A stretch of 63,182 nt of DNA, the filler included, from Rozella allomycis CSF55 (taxonomy: Eukaryota), in NCBI GenBank assembly GCA_000442015.1. It is 15 parts of 15 records of this genome, joined end to end, with 100 filler letters (N's around TTAATTAATTAA, not from the genome) between each part and the next. Parts side by side here need not be neighbours in the genome. Positions count along the whole stretch, not along the records: positions 24,856 to 29,220 come from KE560740.1; positions 29,321 to 33,358 come from KE560743.1; positions 33,459 to 38,949 come from KE560746.1; 12 more parts are not named here. The stretch is one strand, 5' to 3'. Position numbers and translations under genes: made by a program. Of this stretch, positions 24,856 through 36,400 are shown one piece after another (positions within the stretch are counted from its first letter, which is position 1; each line of letters starts with the position of its first letter). Below the pieces are notes generated by a model. That model saw nothing but the letters and a program-made list of their open reading frames with translations. It had not been told where the DNA came from and ran no database searches.

Positions 24856-26424
24856 TTATTGTGGAATCGAAGCATATTTGGTGATCGGGCAAATTGTATT
24901 ATACCACCCGGTTTTCACTTTTTAGGTGACGCAGGATACGCGTTGCAACCTGAATTGCTAGTTCCATATCCTGAAAGTGATTGCCAAGAAATATCTTTGT
25001 ACAATCATTACCATAGTTGCACAAGAATCGTGATTGATTGAATGTGCCTATGGAGACTTAAAAAATAGATGGCGCAAGTTAAAAATGCCATTGAATCAAA
25101 AAAGTTTTCGTGAGATGGCTAAAATTGTTGTGGCCTGTGTTACCCTGCACAATTTGATGATTGACTTTAAAGACAATACAGTTTTGGAAGAAGATGTTGA
25201 CAATGTGTTATACTCTGATAACACGCCAGCAGATATTGTTCATAAAGATATTCGACATAAAATTGCCGAGAGTAAACGTGATTCAATTAAAAAATAGTTT
25301 CAAGAACTAAAACTGAATAAATAGATTGTTCTATTTCCTATCTTCACGATCAAGCTTATTATTAGGGCGTACATGGCTTCATTTAAATTCTTTTGAGATT
25401 CCGAAATCAAGCTTATTAAATTATTTTGTGTTTCTAATATTTGCTTTGTCATGTCCGATTNTATTAAAAAATTGTTTCGAGAACTAAAACTGAATAAATA
25501 AATTACTTTATTTCCTATCTTCACGATCAAGCTTATTAATTAGGGCATACATGGCTTCATTTAAATTCTTTTGAGATTCCGAAATCAGGCTTATTAAATT
25601 ATTTTGTGTTTCTAATATTTGCTTTGTCATGTCCAATTGATTCTCGCTTAATTTTTCGATTTTACCTAAAATTGATTCACTTGGTTGATTTTGTATATTC
25701 ATGAAAGCAGATGTAAGTTTTTCAGATGATTGAACAAAGACATCAGTTAACTTGTCAATGGTACTCATTTTCTTTTTTGAAGATGATAATGGGATTGATG
25801 AAATAGTTCTGTGAGCGTTCGGAGTGTTACACCCTTCATGTATCTCGTTCAAAGGTCCAGACTCGTCACGTAACTCATCGGCCACTGTTGGACCATTACT
25901 CATGCTATCGGCGAGAATTGTTCCTCTTAACCCTATCCGTTCCTGAAAGACAGTGTTCATCATTTCCCAAAGTGATTCAGAAATATTGCGCGGTAAGTAT
26001 TTGTTTCCGGTTTCACATAAGTCCTTTTTGTGTGCCAAATAATTCTTTTTGAGCTTATGAAGTTTATCTTTCACCTGTTCTGGTGTCAATAATGAAGCAC
26101 ATTTAAGATTTAAAGCGCTTGTCAAAGTAATAAGGCTTTTGTTTCTATCGTGGTTGTTTCTAGCCTTTAATAATAAATTATTGATGTTTGACTCTTCATA
26201 TCGAATTCTTAATAGCTCAATTTCCATATCTTCAGACCACTTGGCCCTTGGAATTATGTTTACCTAATATTAAATAAAAAATTTTGGTTTTTTACCGGTT
26301 CCGTATCACTATTTTCTGCCTTTCTTTTTTTCATGTACTTCTACCGGGGTAACCGCTTTTCCATTGACGCTTTTGCTATTTGGAAAATTTGGAAGCGTCG
26401 ACGCCGGTTACTCCTACCAGGCCC
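24856..26424. mobile_element. PIF/Harbinger transposon copy 1: DDE_Tnp_4 nuclease (+, frameshifted) and Myb/SANT-like gene (-), with right terminus
   Basis: LGDAGYAL...YNHYHSCTRIVI/ECAYGDLKNRWRKL...ACVTLHNL; convergent KWSEDMEIELLRIRY...EQVKDKLHKLKKNY...TGN ORF; ends ...CCTACCAGGCCC then TTA (26425-26427). Confidence 0.9.
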
Positions 26425-26427
26425 TTA

Positions 26428-26815
26428 GCTTGTTGATCGGCTATTTCATTTAATTCTATACCTGAATGTCCTTTTACATGTTCAAAATTAATTGTGCCTG
26501 CGAATTGTGATCGGAGGTACCGGGCATGATCAATAATATCCAGGTTTGGCGTTTTGGTGGGTTTTAGCGTTTGGTGAGGGAACTTTAAAAAAATTGTGTT
26601 CATAATTGTAAGAGCATTCTGTGAGTCACTAAATACTTTGATGTTGGCATTCGCCGGGCATTGTGTCAATCCGCTGATAATGGCGAATAGTTCGGGCCTT
26701 GTAGAGGACGGATGTCCAAGTATTCTGCCGGAAATAGTCGTTCGTGTTTGACAAGTTTTATTAAAAATTATGCATGCATAGCCGAGTTTGTTATTCATGA
26801 GGGAGCCATCGCACC
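26428..26815 (-). mobile_element. RNase HI domain fragment, probably from a non-LTR retrotransposon
   Basis: DGSL...SSTRPELFAI...VFSDSQNAL...HVKGHSGIELNEIADQQAK with D-E-D-D catalytic residues; cut at the Harbinger TTA junction. Confidence 0.8.
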
Positions 26816-26816
26816 N

Positions 26817-27450
26817 AGGGATTGATGAAATAGTTCTTTGAGCGGTCGGAGTGTTAAACCCTTCATGTATCTCGTTCAAAGGTCCGGACTCGTCACGCAA
26901 CTCATCAGCTACTGTTGGAGCATTACTCATGCTATCGGCGAGAATTGTTCCTCCTAACCCTATCCGTTCCTGAAAGACAGTGTTCATCATTTCCCAAAGT
27001 GATTCAGAAATATTGCGCGGTAAGTATTTGTTTCCGGTTTCACATAAGTACTTTTTGTGTGCCAAATAATTCTTTTTGAGCTTCTGAAGTTTATCTTTCA
27101 CCTATTCTGGTGTCAATAATGAAGCACATTTAAGAGTTAAAGCGCTTGTCAAAGTAATTAGGCTTTTGTTTCTATCGTGGTTGTTTCTAGCTTTTAAAAT
27201 TAAATTAATGATGTCTGACTCTTCATATCGAATCCTTAATAGCTCGATTTCCATATCTTCAGACCACTTGGCCTTTGAATTAAGTTTTCCTAATATTAAA
27301 TAAAAAATTTTAGTTTTTTACGGGTTCCGTATCACTATTTTCTGCCTTTCGTTTTTTCATGTACTTCTACAGGGGTAACCACTTTTCCATTGACGCTTTT
27401 GCTATTTGGAAAATTTGGAAGCGTCGACGCCGGTTACTCCTACCAGGCCC
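26817..27450 (-). mobile_element. PIF/Harbinger transposon copy 2: Myb-like gene fragment and terminus
   Basis: Near-identical to 25791-26424, ends with the same TACCAGGCCC|TTA but has a different outer flank. Confidence 0.85.
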
Positions 27451-27599
27451 TTAGGACGCGTATGAAGCAGCGGAATCCTACATCGACAATTTTTTAAAGT
27501 CGTCAAATAATAGAAGCAACGTTGAAGTAAGTGCCATTTCTTCATGAAAGTAGAAGTGGAGATCATTGAAGGAAAAATATAAAAAGAAGGCTAAATAGA

Positions 27600-28259
27600 T
27601 AATTATAGCAACATTTAATAATTTAGTTAAACATTACTATTTGTCTTGAAGAGGAACAAAATATTTTCTAAGTTATTCCCAAGCCAGCCAAGATAAATCC
27701 ATGTCAAATGACAATACGGCGCAGCGCAGAACCATCCATCACATTCATTCAAATACACGTACTCTGAACCGGTGGCGTTCAGACACCCGGGTGTGTAGAG
27801 ATTTAGCCAATCAAATATATGTTGTTTATCTCAGGCGGAAGTTCTTGTGGTGTAGATTCTTGTAACATCCCCAAGCGAATTTTCTGTCAACATTGCGCTT
27901 AAGCTGTAACGCTAACTCTTTTAATTGGTTGTTTGTTGATACTTCGTGATTTTGAGTAAATGCAAACAAGCACGTTTCGTCGTTTTGTTCAACCATGCCT
28001 TAAGGTCGGTTTTCCAATTTCTCTTCAATGCCGCAATATTGTGAACTTGGCCTTATGACGGTCTTGAAAATACGTTGTAGCTCGACAAACTGTGACAAAA
28101 CAAACAAGTCGATTGTTGCAGAGTCCCCAGTGTCTAAGACAGTTTCTAAGTCGAAAATGTTTTCAAAGATAAACTGTTTGACTTTTTTGGTCATGTACTG
28201 ATAATATTTGAGGACGCTTTTTATAACGCTCATTTGTGAGGTTTTGAACCAATAAGTAA
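27600..28259 (-). pseudogene. Decayed reading frame of unknown family
   Basis: Protein-like translation continues through stops and frameshifts; 5' side is cut by the MITE at 28260. Confidence 0.35.
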
Positions 28260-28822
28260 GGGCTTGTTTCATGATGCTCCTCTCTGCTTTGATCCCTGTA
28301 AGACAGGGGTAGTTTATTCAATTGCCAGGTTTTTGTAAGAAATTTGTCTCCGCTACAAAGCGGAGCACTTACGCTTTCTCCTCAAGTATATATTTTGCAA
28401 CCCATTCGGGGTGTTATTTTACAATACAATACTAAATAATGTTTTAGCTTTTTAGACCATCAAAAATTCAAATCTGTCGGGCTGAACTGTTTTTCTGTTA
28501 TCCGAGCCGCGGAAACTATGGAGAACACAATTTTTTATTTTAACAAACATTGTGAACTTTATTTACGTTGGTTTTTCTTCTTATGAAACCAACTCGGTCC
28601 ATCCACACAATCAACCTCGAATAAATAAGATAATTTAATAAAGTAACTTTGTTCAACCATTTTTTTACCTTAGCACAAAAATTTTCTTCATAAGTATACA
28701 AATAGTGTTTTATTTTCAAACTAAGCAGAGCAAATACACAAGCTGACATGAAACAGAAATTTATAAAATCAAATTTCTGATTTTCAAGGCGGAGGCGGAG
28801 CAGGGCGTCACGAAACAGGCCC
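28260..28822. mobile_element. Tourist-like (PIF/Harbinger) MITE, ~563 bp
   Basis: Left TAA|GGGCTTGTTTCATGATGC; right GCGTCACGAAACAGGCCC|TTA; imperfect TIRs (22/30 matches); no convincing ORF. Confidence 0.8.
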
Positions 28823-28949
28823 TTATGGATTATGTTTTAATAATGGATGATATAGGGCAAAATTACACCGTATATTAAAAATAAGTAAACATTAAAGGTA
28901 ATTTATTGAATTTACGCTGAGTATATATATATATATATGAGTGATAAAN

Positions 28950-29220
28950 CTGAACTGTTTTTCTGTTATCCGAGCCGCGGAAACTATGGAGAACACAATT
29001 TTTTATTTTAACAAACATTGTGAACTTTATTTACGTTGGTTTTCCTTCTTATGAAACCAACTCGGTCCATCCACACAATCAACCTCGAATAAATAAGATA
29101 ATTTAATAAAGTAACTTTGTTCAACCATTTTTTTACCTTAGCACAAAAATTTTCTTCATAAGTATACAAATAGTGTTTTATTTTCAAACTAAGCAGAGCA
29201 AATACACAAGCTGACATGAA
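28950..29220. repeat. Second near-identical copy of the MITE interior (28483-28752)
   Basis: Direct ~270-bp duplicate starting after a single N. Confidence 0.85.
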
Positions 29221-29320
29221 NNNNNNNNNNNNNNNNNNNNNNNNNNNNNNNNNNNNNNNNNNNNTTAATTAATTAANNNNNNNNNNNNNNNNNNNNNNNN
29301 NNNNNNNNNNNNNNNNNNNN

Positions 29321-31069
29321 GTAAAAAGGATCATTGGGCGCGTCATGAATTTTTTACTAGATGATGGGATTTCGGCTTTCTTTTTTCTCTTAATTGGTGT
29401 TTTTCTAGACATTAATTCGTCCTTTGGATCAGGAGACGGAGATGGGAGATCTAGTGGCTGTACTTGAATTTGAATCGGATCTTCTTTATTTAATACCTTT
29501 TCATTCGCAGTATTTTTGTTAGAATCGTGAAAAATTGTAGCTTTCCCTTTTGTCTTAGAGGGAGTTGCCATGTTTATTAAATTGTACCTCAGACTTGTCG
29601 ATTTTTCCTTTTCAGATTCATTCCTTCTTCTAGTTGGCTTGATGGAATTTGATGAATCAATTTCAGAGTTTTCTTTTATTTCACCGATTTCCTTTGATTC
29701 AATTTTGAGGACTAGTTTTTCTTTTCTTTGCTTTGATCTCTTTTTCAACGGCAAGTTTTCTTCCAACGGTTTTAATATCTCAGAATCAACTTTTTCTTCC
29801 TCTTTTTCTTTATCATTGGAAGTAATTTTCTCTTTATGCATTGGATGCTCTTTTTTAATCAGGTTAAATTAATATTTAAAAATATTACTTGCTTTTTGTC
29901 AACTTTGCTAGCTGGCATAGAATCTGTCTCAATTTTCGATTTTTTGAATATCTCTGGCAGGGGTTCGTCATCTTCCTTTGCGATGTTATCGGCGATCGGT
30001 AGAGGTTTAACGGCACCCGACTTTCTTTTCAACGGAGTCTCCAAAGTTTCTGACAAGGATGATTTTTCATTTCCAAAGGTTAAAGCAATGTCATCATCAT
30101 GCTCATTATCGGTCTCTTGTACTACGTGGCAAGATGAAGGTAAAGCTTCCTCAAGCTCAAAAATAGGTTTGGTTTTTCCAACAATCAATCCCAAAGCTGG
30201 GACGATCGTTTGATATTTTGTTTGATCCCATTTTTGTATTTTCCATGCATTAAATGTGTCCTCAATCCAAAGGTGGTTAACAATTTTAACATGACTGAAT
30301 TCTTTCGCTTTTTGGAATTTAACAGTCGTGGAGCTACATTCATCATTACAGTTTTAATTACTCATTACAAACTAAATGGGTATTTTCTGGCGAAAATGTG
30401 CCAGTGTAAGTCGCACCCATCTCATTTATCATGAATTTTATTCGTTCTCTTGCCATTCCTGTGTAATTTGATATAGAAATTATCAGCTTGTCCGCGTTTG
30501 GAATAATTTCGCCTCTCTTGGGATACATATGAATATGCATCTTTGGATCATGTTTAACACCATCTCTTAGAACATCAAATATCCAAAAAGTGCTGACGAC
30601 CGTTTTCCCACTTTGTAATGCCTTTCATGAAAATGATGTGTTAAAAATACCCTCTCGTAGTTAGTATCCAATCTAGAATCACATAAAACATGTGTGCTCG
30701 AATCAAAATCGTAAACAATTTGGCCTCCTTGACTTTCGATTGATTCTTGAACCACCCTTTTATCCTTGAAATTATCCCAATGATTAGAAAACAAAAAACA
30801 TCCTTTTAGTATATCCCCCTTTGGTGCCAATAGATTATTGTTAATTCCAGCTTAAATTTTATCGATGAAAACTGTTTACAGGTAGGTTCAAAATTGTAGA
30901 AACTGGTATCTAACAGCATCTCCACACTGATAGAGTCTTCAATCCATCGAAAAGACACTACTTTGGCGTTTCTATGTCTTTCCAAAGGATTCGTTGTGAT
31001 TATATGGGTGGCATCCTCTTTCATCATAATCACACTTCCCTTTAGTGTCTTAACTTGTTCTTCCAACAT
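29321..31069 (-). CDS. Multi-BRCT DNA-damage scaffold protein (Brc1/Rtt107-like), 3' end in gap
   Basis: Four N-terminal BRCT-like repeats (ATHII...VVSFRWIEDS; ISISNYTGMARERIKFMINEMGATYTGTFSPENTHLVC) followed by a charged linker. Confidence 0.8.
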
Positions 31070-31750
31070 CCTTCGCTTTATTTTATCCTTTATTATTTTG
31101 CTAATAATTGTACAATATCATCACAAAAGTAAAAATAACAATTATCGAACATTTTAGTTTCAACTATGCCACGGTTTGTACCGAGTTGTTGCGTTCCGGA
31201 TATTATTATTGTTTAAACCAAACTCTCATAACTCATTCCATTATATTCCCTGTCAACAGTGATTATGACAATTTACACTAACGTCATTCAGAGAATTGAA
31301 ACACGGACACTTACAAATTACAATGAAGACATTAAACTGAAGAACTTATTAATTAATGTTAAGTTAAGCATTAGAATATAAGTATTCCTTTATAAAAAAA
31401 TAAAGTTATTTCCAATTNNNNNNNNNNNNNNNNNNNNNNNNNNNNNNNNNNNNNNNNNNNNNNNNNNNNNNNNNNNNNNNNNNNNNNNNNNNNNNNNNNN
31501 NNNNNNNNNNNNNNNNNNNNNNNNATTTATGCGGGAAATAAATGGTTGAAATTTAAAATAAGGGCTCAATAAGGCTTTGACGACCTTTTTGTGTTTTTAA
31601 AAAGATCGAAATGTAATTGTTAAATTGTATTATTCTTTCGGCTGTAATTCATCAACTCAATCTGAACAAAGAATTTCGAGGCTGAGTATTGCAATTAGCG
31701 AATTTGGCATGCGGCACGTGTACCTTTAATAATTTTCACAAAATTTTCAT

Positions 31751-33195
31751 ATGAGGTTCAAATTCTGTGCATTCATTTATTTTATCAGCGCATTTCTTTA
31801 TATTTCAGCCTATAAATTCAATAGACAAGAAAAAAGAATTGTTGCAAAAGCTACTGCGAAAGCGGCGATGAAAGCAATTGCAGTCACTCCAGTAGCAACA
31901 GTAGCGTCAGCTGTAGCGACTATGTATCATCCTCTAGCTGCATTGGCTGAAGTTACTAAAAGAAATCAGACTCAAGCCAAATACCACATGACCCAAGCTG
32001 GACGCGCCTTCTTAGGAACACTAGCAAGTCCATTTCTGGTATTTTTGACACCTATTATTAAATATCACGAAACAACCAATCTAATTATCAATACTAATTA
32101 TAGTTGTTCTGCTATCATAAACAGGAACAACCCATCTGAAATATTCAGCACTGGTTACGAAATATTTACTGCCTTGGACGCTCAATTTCTAAAGCAACTG
32201 CTATTAAAAGTTAAATTTGAAGGAGAAGCTAGCGCATTTCAAAAGGGCCCAGCCAACGAATTCTTTTTTCTTTTTGCGGCGACATTGCAAAATGAGCCTT
32301 TCGATTTGTTCGATTATGATAACAATAGATCTATTTTCAAAATCAAACCGGGGATAAAATCAGATGAAAGGATTAAAAGATTTAAAACTCTTGGAAAAAT
32401 TCTTGGATTCTATGCCTACAAAAAAATACCCATTGGAATGGCATTCCCGAATTCATTTTACAAAATTTTGCTTAAAAAACAATTGTCAAGAAAGGACTAC
32501 TCTAAAGATGATCAAATCGCATACAATAATATGATGAAACTGAAAAGTTGTTCAAATGAAGAGCTGGATGATATGTTTATATATTACCCGCCTCCAGATG
32601 ATGAAAAAATGGTCAATCAAATCAATTTAGAAGACTATATCGAGTACCTATAATTTTTACCCTGTATTTAGAAAGCAATCACTTTTTCAGATGTACGGAT
32701 ATGCCAAAGATGAAATTGACGCGGTTGCTGCTGAATTTCAAAGATTCGTAAAGCCCTCTATGTTTAAATCGCCTATAAAATTAAAAGTGAGTATAATTTA
32801 TCATTTTTACAGCTAGAAATTGTTAATCGGAGAGACGGATTTCCATTTAATCAAGGAAAGTCTAATCGCCAATGTCAAACTTTCATACTATTCCCGTTCC
32901 GACTTGGTCATATCGCTACTATTTAAATATATACGACAATTAAGCGATGAATCTTTGAAGAAATTTTGGCGATTCATCTCCGGAAGCGAGTATTTCGCTG
33001 CGTCCACAAAATTGACATGGTCGGTGAGCAAGGGTACATCAGAGATGGCGCTCCCATCAGTTTTTACATGGTAGCAAGCATAAATTATTAAAATGTAGTT
33101 TCAGGCACGTTATCATGCCTAGGTATACAAATTATGAATCTCTGGCCACAAAATTTGATCAAGCAATTGAAGCAACAGACTTTGCACTAGCTTAA
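31751..33195 (+). CDS. HECT-domain E3 ubiquitin ligase with a predicted N-terminal signal peptide
   Basis: MRFKFCAFIYFISAFLYISA; VKFEGE...GPANEFF; FKTLGKILG...FPNSFYKILL; KKFWRFISGS; removing intron 33071-33098 gives LPSVFTCFRHVIMPRY...TDFALA*. Confidence 0.85.
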
Positions 33196-33327
33196 ACCAA
33201 TGTATTATACAAATAAATTATACCATTTGCAATAAATGTGAATTTTAAAATTAAATAATTGTAATCGCACTGAATAGATTAATAGAAAGGAGGGGCGAAA
33301 GAAAAATTTTTTGTATCTAGACGAAAA

Positions 33328-33358
33328 TGTTTTCATCCAGGTTCGAACTGGAGACCTT
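33328..33358 (-). tRNA. 3' half of a tRNA, probably tRNA-Val; the rest lies in the gap
   Basis: Minus strand AAGGTC TCCAG TTCGAAC CTGGA TGAAAAC A then TTTT: perfect T-arm, Val-like acceptor 3' strand and a Pol III terminator. Anticodon not visible. Confidence 0.75.
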
Positions 33359-33458
33359 NNNNNNNNNNNNNNNNNNNNNNNNNNNNNNNNNNNNNNNNNN
33401 NNTTAATTAATTAANNNNNNNNNNNNNNNNNNNNNNNNNNNNNNNNNNNNNNNNNNNN

Positions 33459-36400
33459 TGAAAAGTCGAATATAATTGAAAAGTCAAATGTTTTAGTAAA
33501 TGAAAAGTCAAATATTCTGGAAAAGTCGAATGTTCTGGTGATTGGAAAAAGCGGAAAATCATTATACGTCCAGTCAACCTTCAAAAACGTGGCAACAGTG
33601 TACTGCAGCCGCCAAACAAGCTGGCTGGACCTTGTGCGAGAGATCAAGAGCCACGGCATGCTAGTCTCTTGTACGCGCGGCAAGCAATTCAAGCCCAAGA
33701 AGAACCCATTGACGTTGTATGTGAAGAATGTGCACGAGGTATTGATGGATGCGTACGAGTCTAGTACTGTGTATAGTTTTGTGTATGGATTGATTAACAA
33801 TAATGGGTTTTATGATGAGAATGGCGAGTGGATTGCGTGTGAGGTGGGTGTTGTGTTGGGGAGTGAGAGGGCGATTCAGTGTGAGAGGCTGGGTGGGTGG
33901 TTGGATGTTGTTGTGGTTGGGGAGATGAGGGATGAGGAGGTTGGTGGTTTTATTAGGGATTGGTTGATGAGAGGCGTTAAAGACGTTGATAATATTGGAG
34001 ATGAGGGTGTGGAGAAGATTGTTGGGAAGATTATGCAGGTTTATTTGGGGTGCAAGTGTGGAATGAAAACATTGAATAAAATATTAAAGAGGCTTGTAGG
34101 TAGAATAAAGAGGGAAATGAGTTTTGATGAGATTATTGTTTGTGTGTATAATCTGTGTGAAAGGTTTATTGGGGATTCAGACGTTGCAAAGTCTAGAGAG
34201 ATCAAGAGAATATTTAGCAAGAGGGAAGAGATGAAGAGTGTTAGAGAATTGAATTTTGAAAAGTTGATGATAGACAATATGATAATAGTTGGCGAGAACA
34301 ACAGTGGCCGAAGAAGCCTCCTGAACGACCTTCAAATAGAAATATTCGAGTTGAATGAAACATTAAACTATCAATTCAAGCAATTCTCTAATCAAATAAA
34401 GAATATTCTTAATTGTAGGGGAGAAAAGATGGTTGTTGTGTATGATTACCAGATTAACGATTGGATATTGAATTGTGTGCATTTGTTTGTGAGTAGTTTG
34501 GATGTAAAGTATTTGATGAATGACGATGATTTGAAGCAGGTTGATGGTGAGAGGCTGGTGAAGAATGAGCTGTATTTTGTGTTTGTGGTGAAAAGTGTTG
34601 GAGTGTTTGAAGGGTATCCAGGGATTTTGAATGAAATGAGAGTTGTTGAATTTGAAGGAGTAAAGGATGTTAAAGATATCAGTGTTGTTAGTGAAGGGAG
34701 TGAAGGAAGAGAAGGGAGTGAAGAAAGTGATAGAATAAGTGAGAGTGTTATTCAGAGTAAATATTATTAGTGCTTCTATGTTTAGGGTTTAACAATTGCA
34801 AGTCATTTAAGAATTCATTTGATTTGTGGGTTGGATATAAACTATTCTTGAAAATAAAGAATAGAGAAATGGATAAAATAAAAAAAGAATTAGAAAGATA
34901 TGAAAATGGATTAAAAACAATAAAGAATGCGAATAAAGTAGTTAATGATCTAAGCAGAGAAGCAGAAGAACAAGAAAAGGAACTAATAATCAAACAAACA
35001 GAAGCAGATGAATCCTTAAAACTAATTACCTTTAAAATGAACGATTCATTAAACAAGCAAAAGATAATCCAAGAGTTAGTTTCAACATTGAACAAGGAAG
35101 AAGAGGATTTGAAGAAGAGGAGAATTGAAATTGAGAATGAGTTGATGCAAGTTGAGCCAGCTATTAGTAAAGCGAAAGAAGCGATTGGAAAAATTAAGAA
35201 TGAGAATTTGAGTGAAATTAGATCACTGAGATCGCCGCCTAGTTTGATTAGGGATTTGTTGGAAGGGGTTTTGATGTTGATGGGTATTTATGATACTTCG
35301 TGGACTTCAATGAAATCATTTCTAGGTAAAATGAATTGAGGGGATTAAATTAGGTAATTCAAGTGTTCAGGTTTTAATTAGGTAATTGATTTAGTTAAAC
35401 TCTCAAAGGTAAAAAGACGGTCAAGGATGAAATAATAAATTTCGATGCTAGGAACATCAACAAAGAAACAAGAAAATCTATAGAAAAATTAATTCAAGAA
35501 AAGAGTGAAGCATTCGACCCCATAAACATTAAACGATCATTCGTAGCTGCCGAGCCCCTAGTATTATGGCTCAAAGCGCAATTGCAATACTCGATCGTCA
35601 TTGAAAAAATAAAACCATTAGAAGGTGATTTAAACATGCTGAACAATTCACTGAATAAATCGAGAGGCGAGATTGAAGAAAAGGAGAGTGAATTGAAAAG
35701 ACTGGAGGCCGAGTTGGAAGAGTTGAGGGTTGATTTTAGTAGAAAGACTAGTCAGACGGAGAGTTTGAAGATAAAGTTGGGGGTTGGGAGGGAGAGGATT
35801 GAAAAGGCTAGCATGCTGTTGAGCAAGTTGAGGGATGAGCAGGAGAGGTGGAGTGTTGTTGTTGGGGAGTTGGAGGGGAGAGTTGGGGTGTTGGATGAGT
35901 TTGTATTTAAGCGAGTTGAATTAATCATCAAAGGGGAAGTGGGAGAAGAAGTAGAAGGAGTGGAAGGGGAAGAAAGTGTTGACATTGTAGAAGGAGTTGA
36001 AGTAGAAGGTGAAGTTGACAATCACAATATTGATACCCTTTCAGCAAGTAATAATCCAGTGGATGTGGCATTGATGAGATTGAATGAAACTATTTTGGTA
36101 AGTTTGATTAGAGATCCATTAGATATTTGCATTGATTATTTAAAAGATTATCAAATTATAAATTACAATGATTCTTCACTGTTGAGACAATTAGAATTAG
36201 CCATGAAATTGGGAAATAGAATAGCTATTAGGAATATGAATGAAATACCAAGTTATTTGGGTTATTTGATTTCTAATATTTCTAAAACAGATGAGATTAA
36301 ATTGTTGGATAAAGAAATCAAAATTTCTTCAGGTAGAATAGATCTATTGTGGCATAGTTAATAGGTACCTCAGATCTATAATCTAAACAAGGGTTTAAAT

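Noticed and set aside
26376..27101. Apparent Myb/SANT-RNase H fusion ORF
   Set aside because: The junction is the N at 26816 and the tail reads into the transposon TIR.
28922..28938. (TA)n microsatellite
   Set aside because: Short and ordinary for AT-rich DNA.
28540..29217. Two identical 69-aa ORFs
   Set aside because: Incidental ORF inside the MITE and its duplicate.
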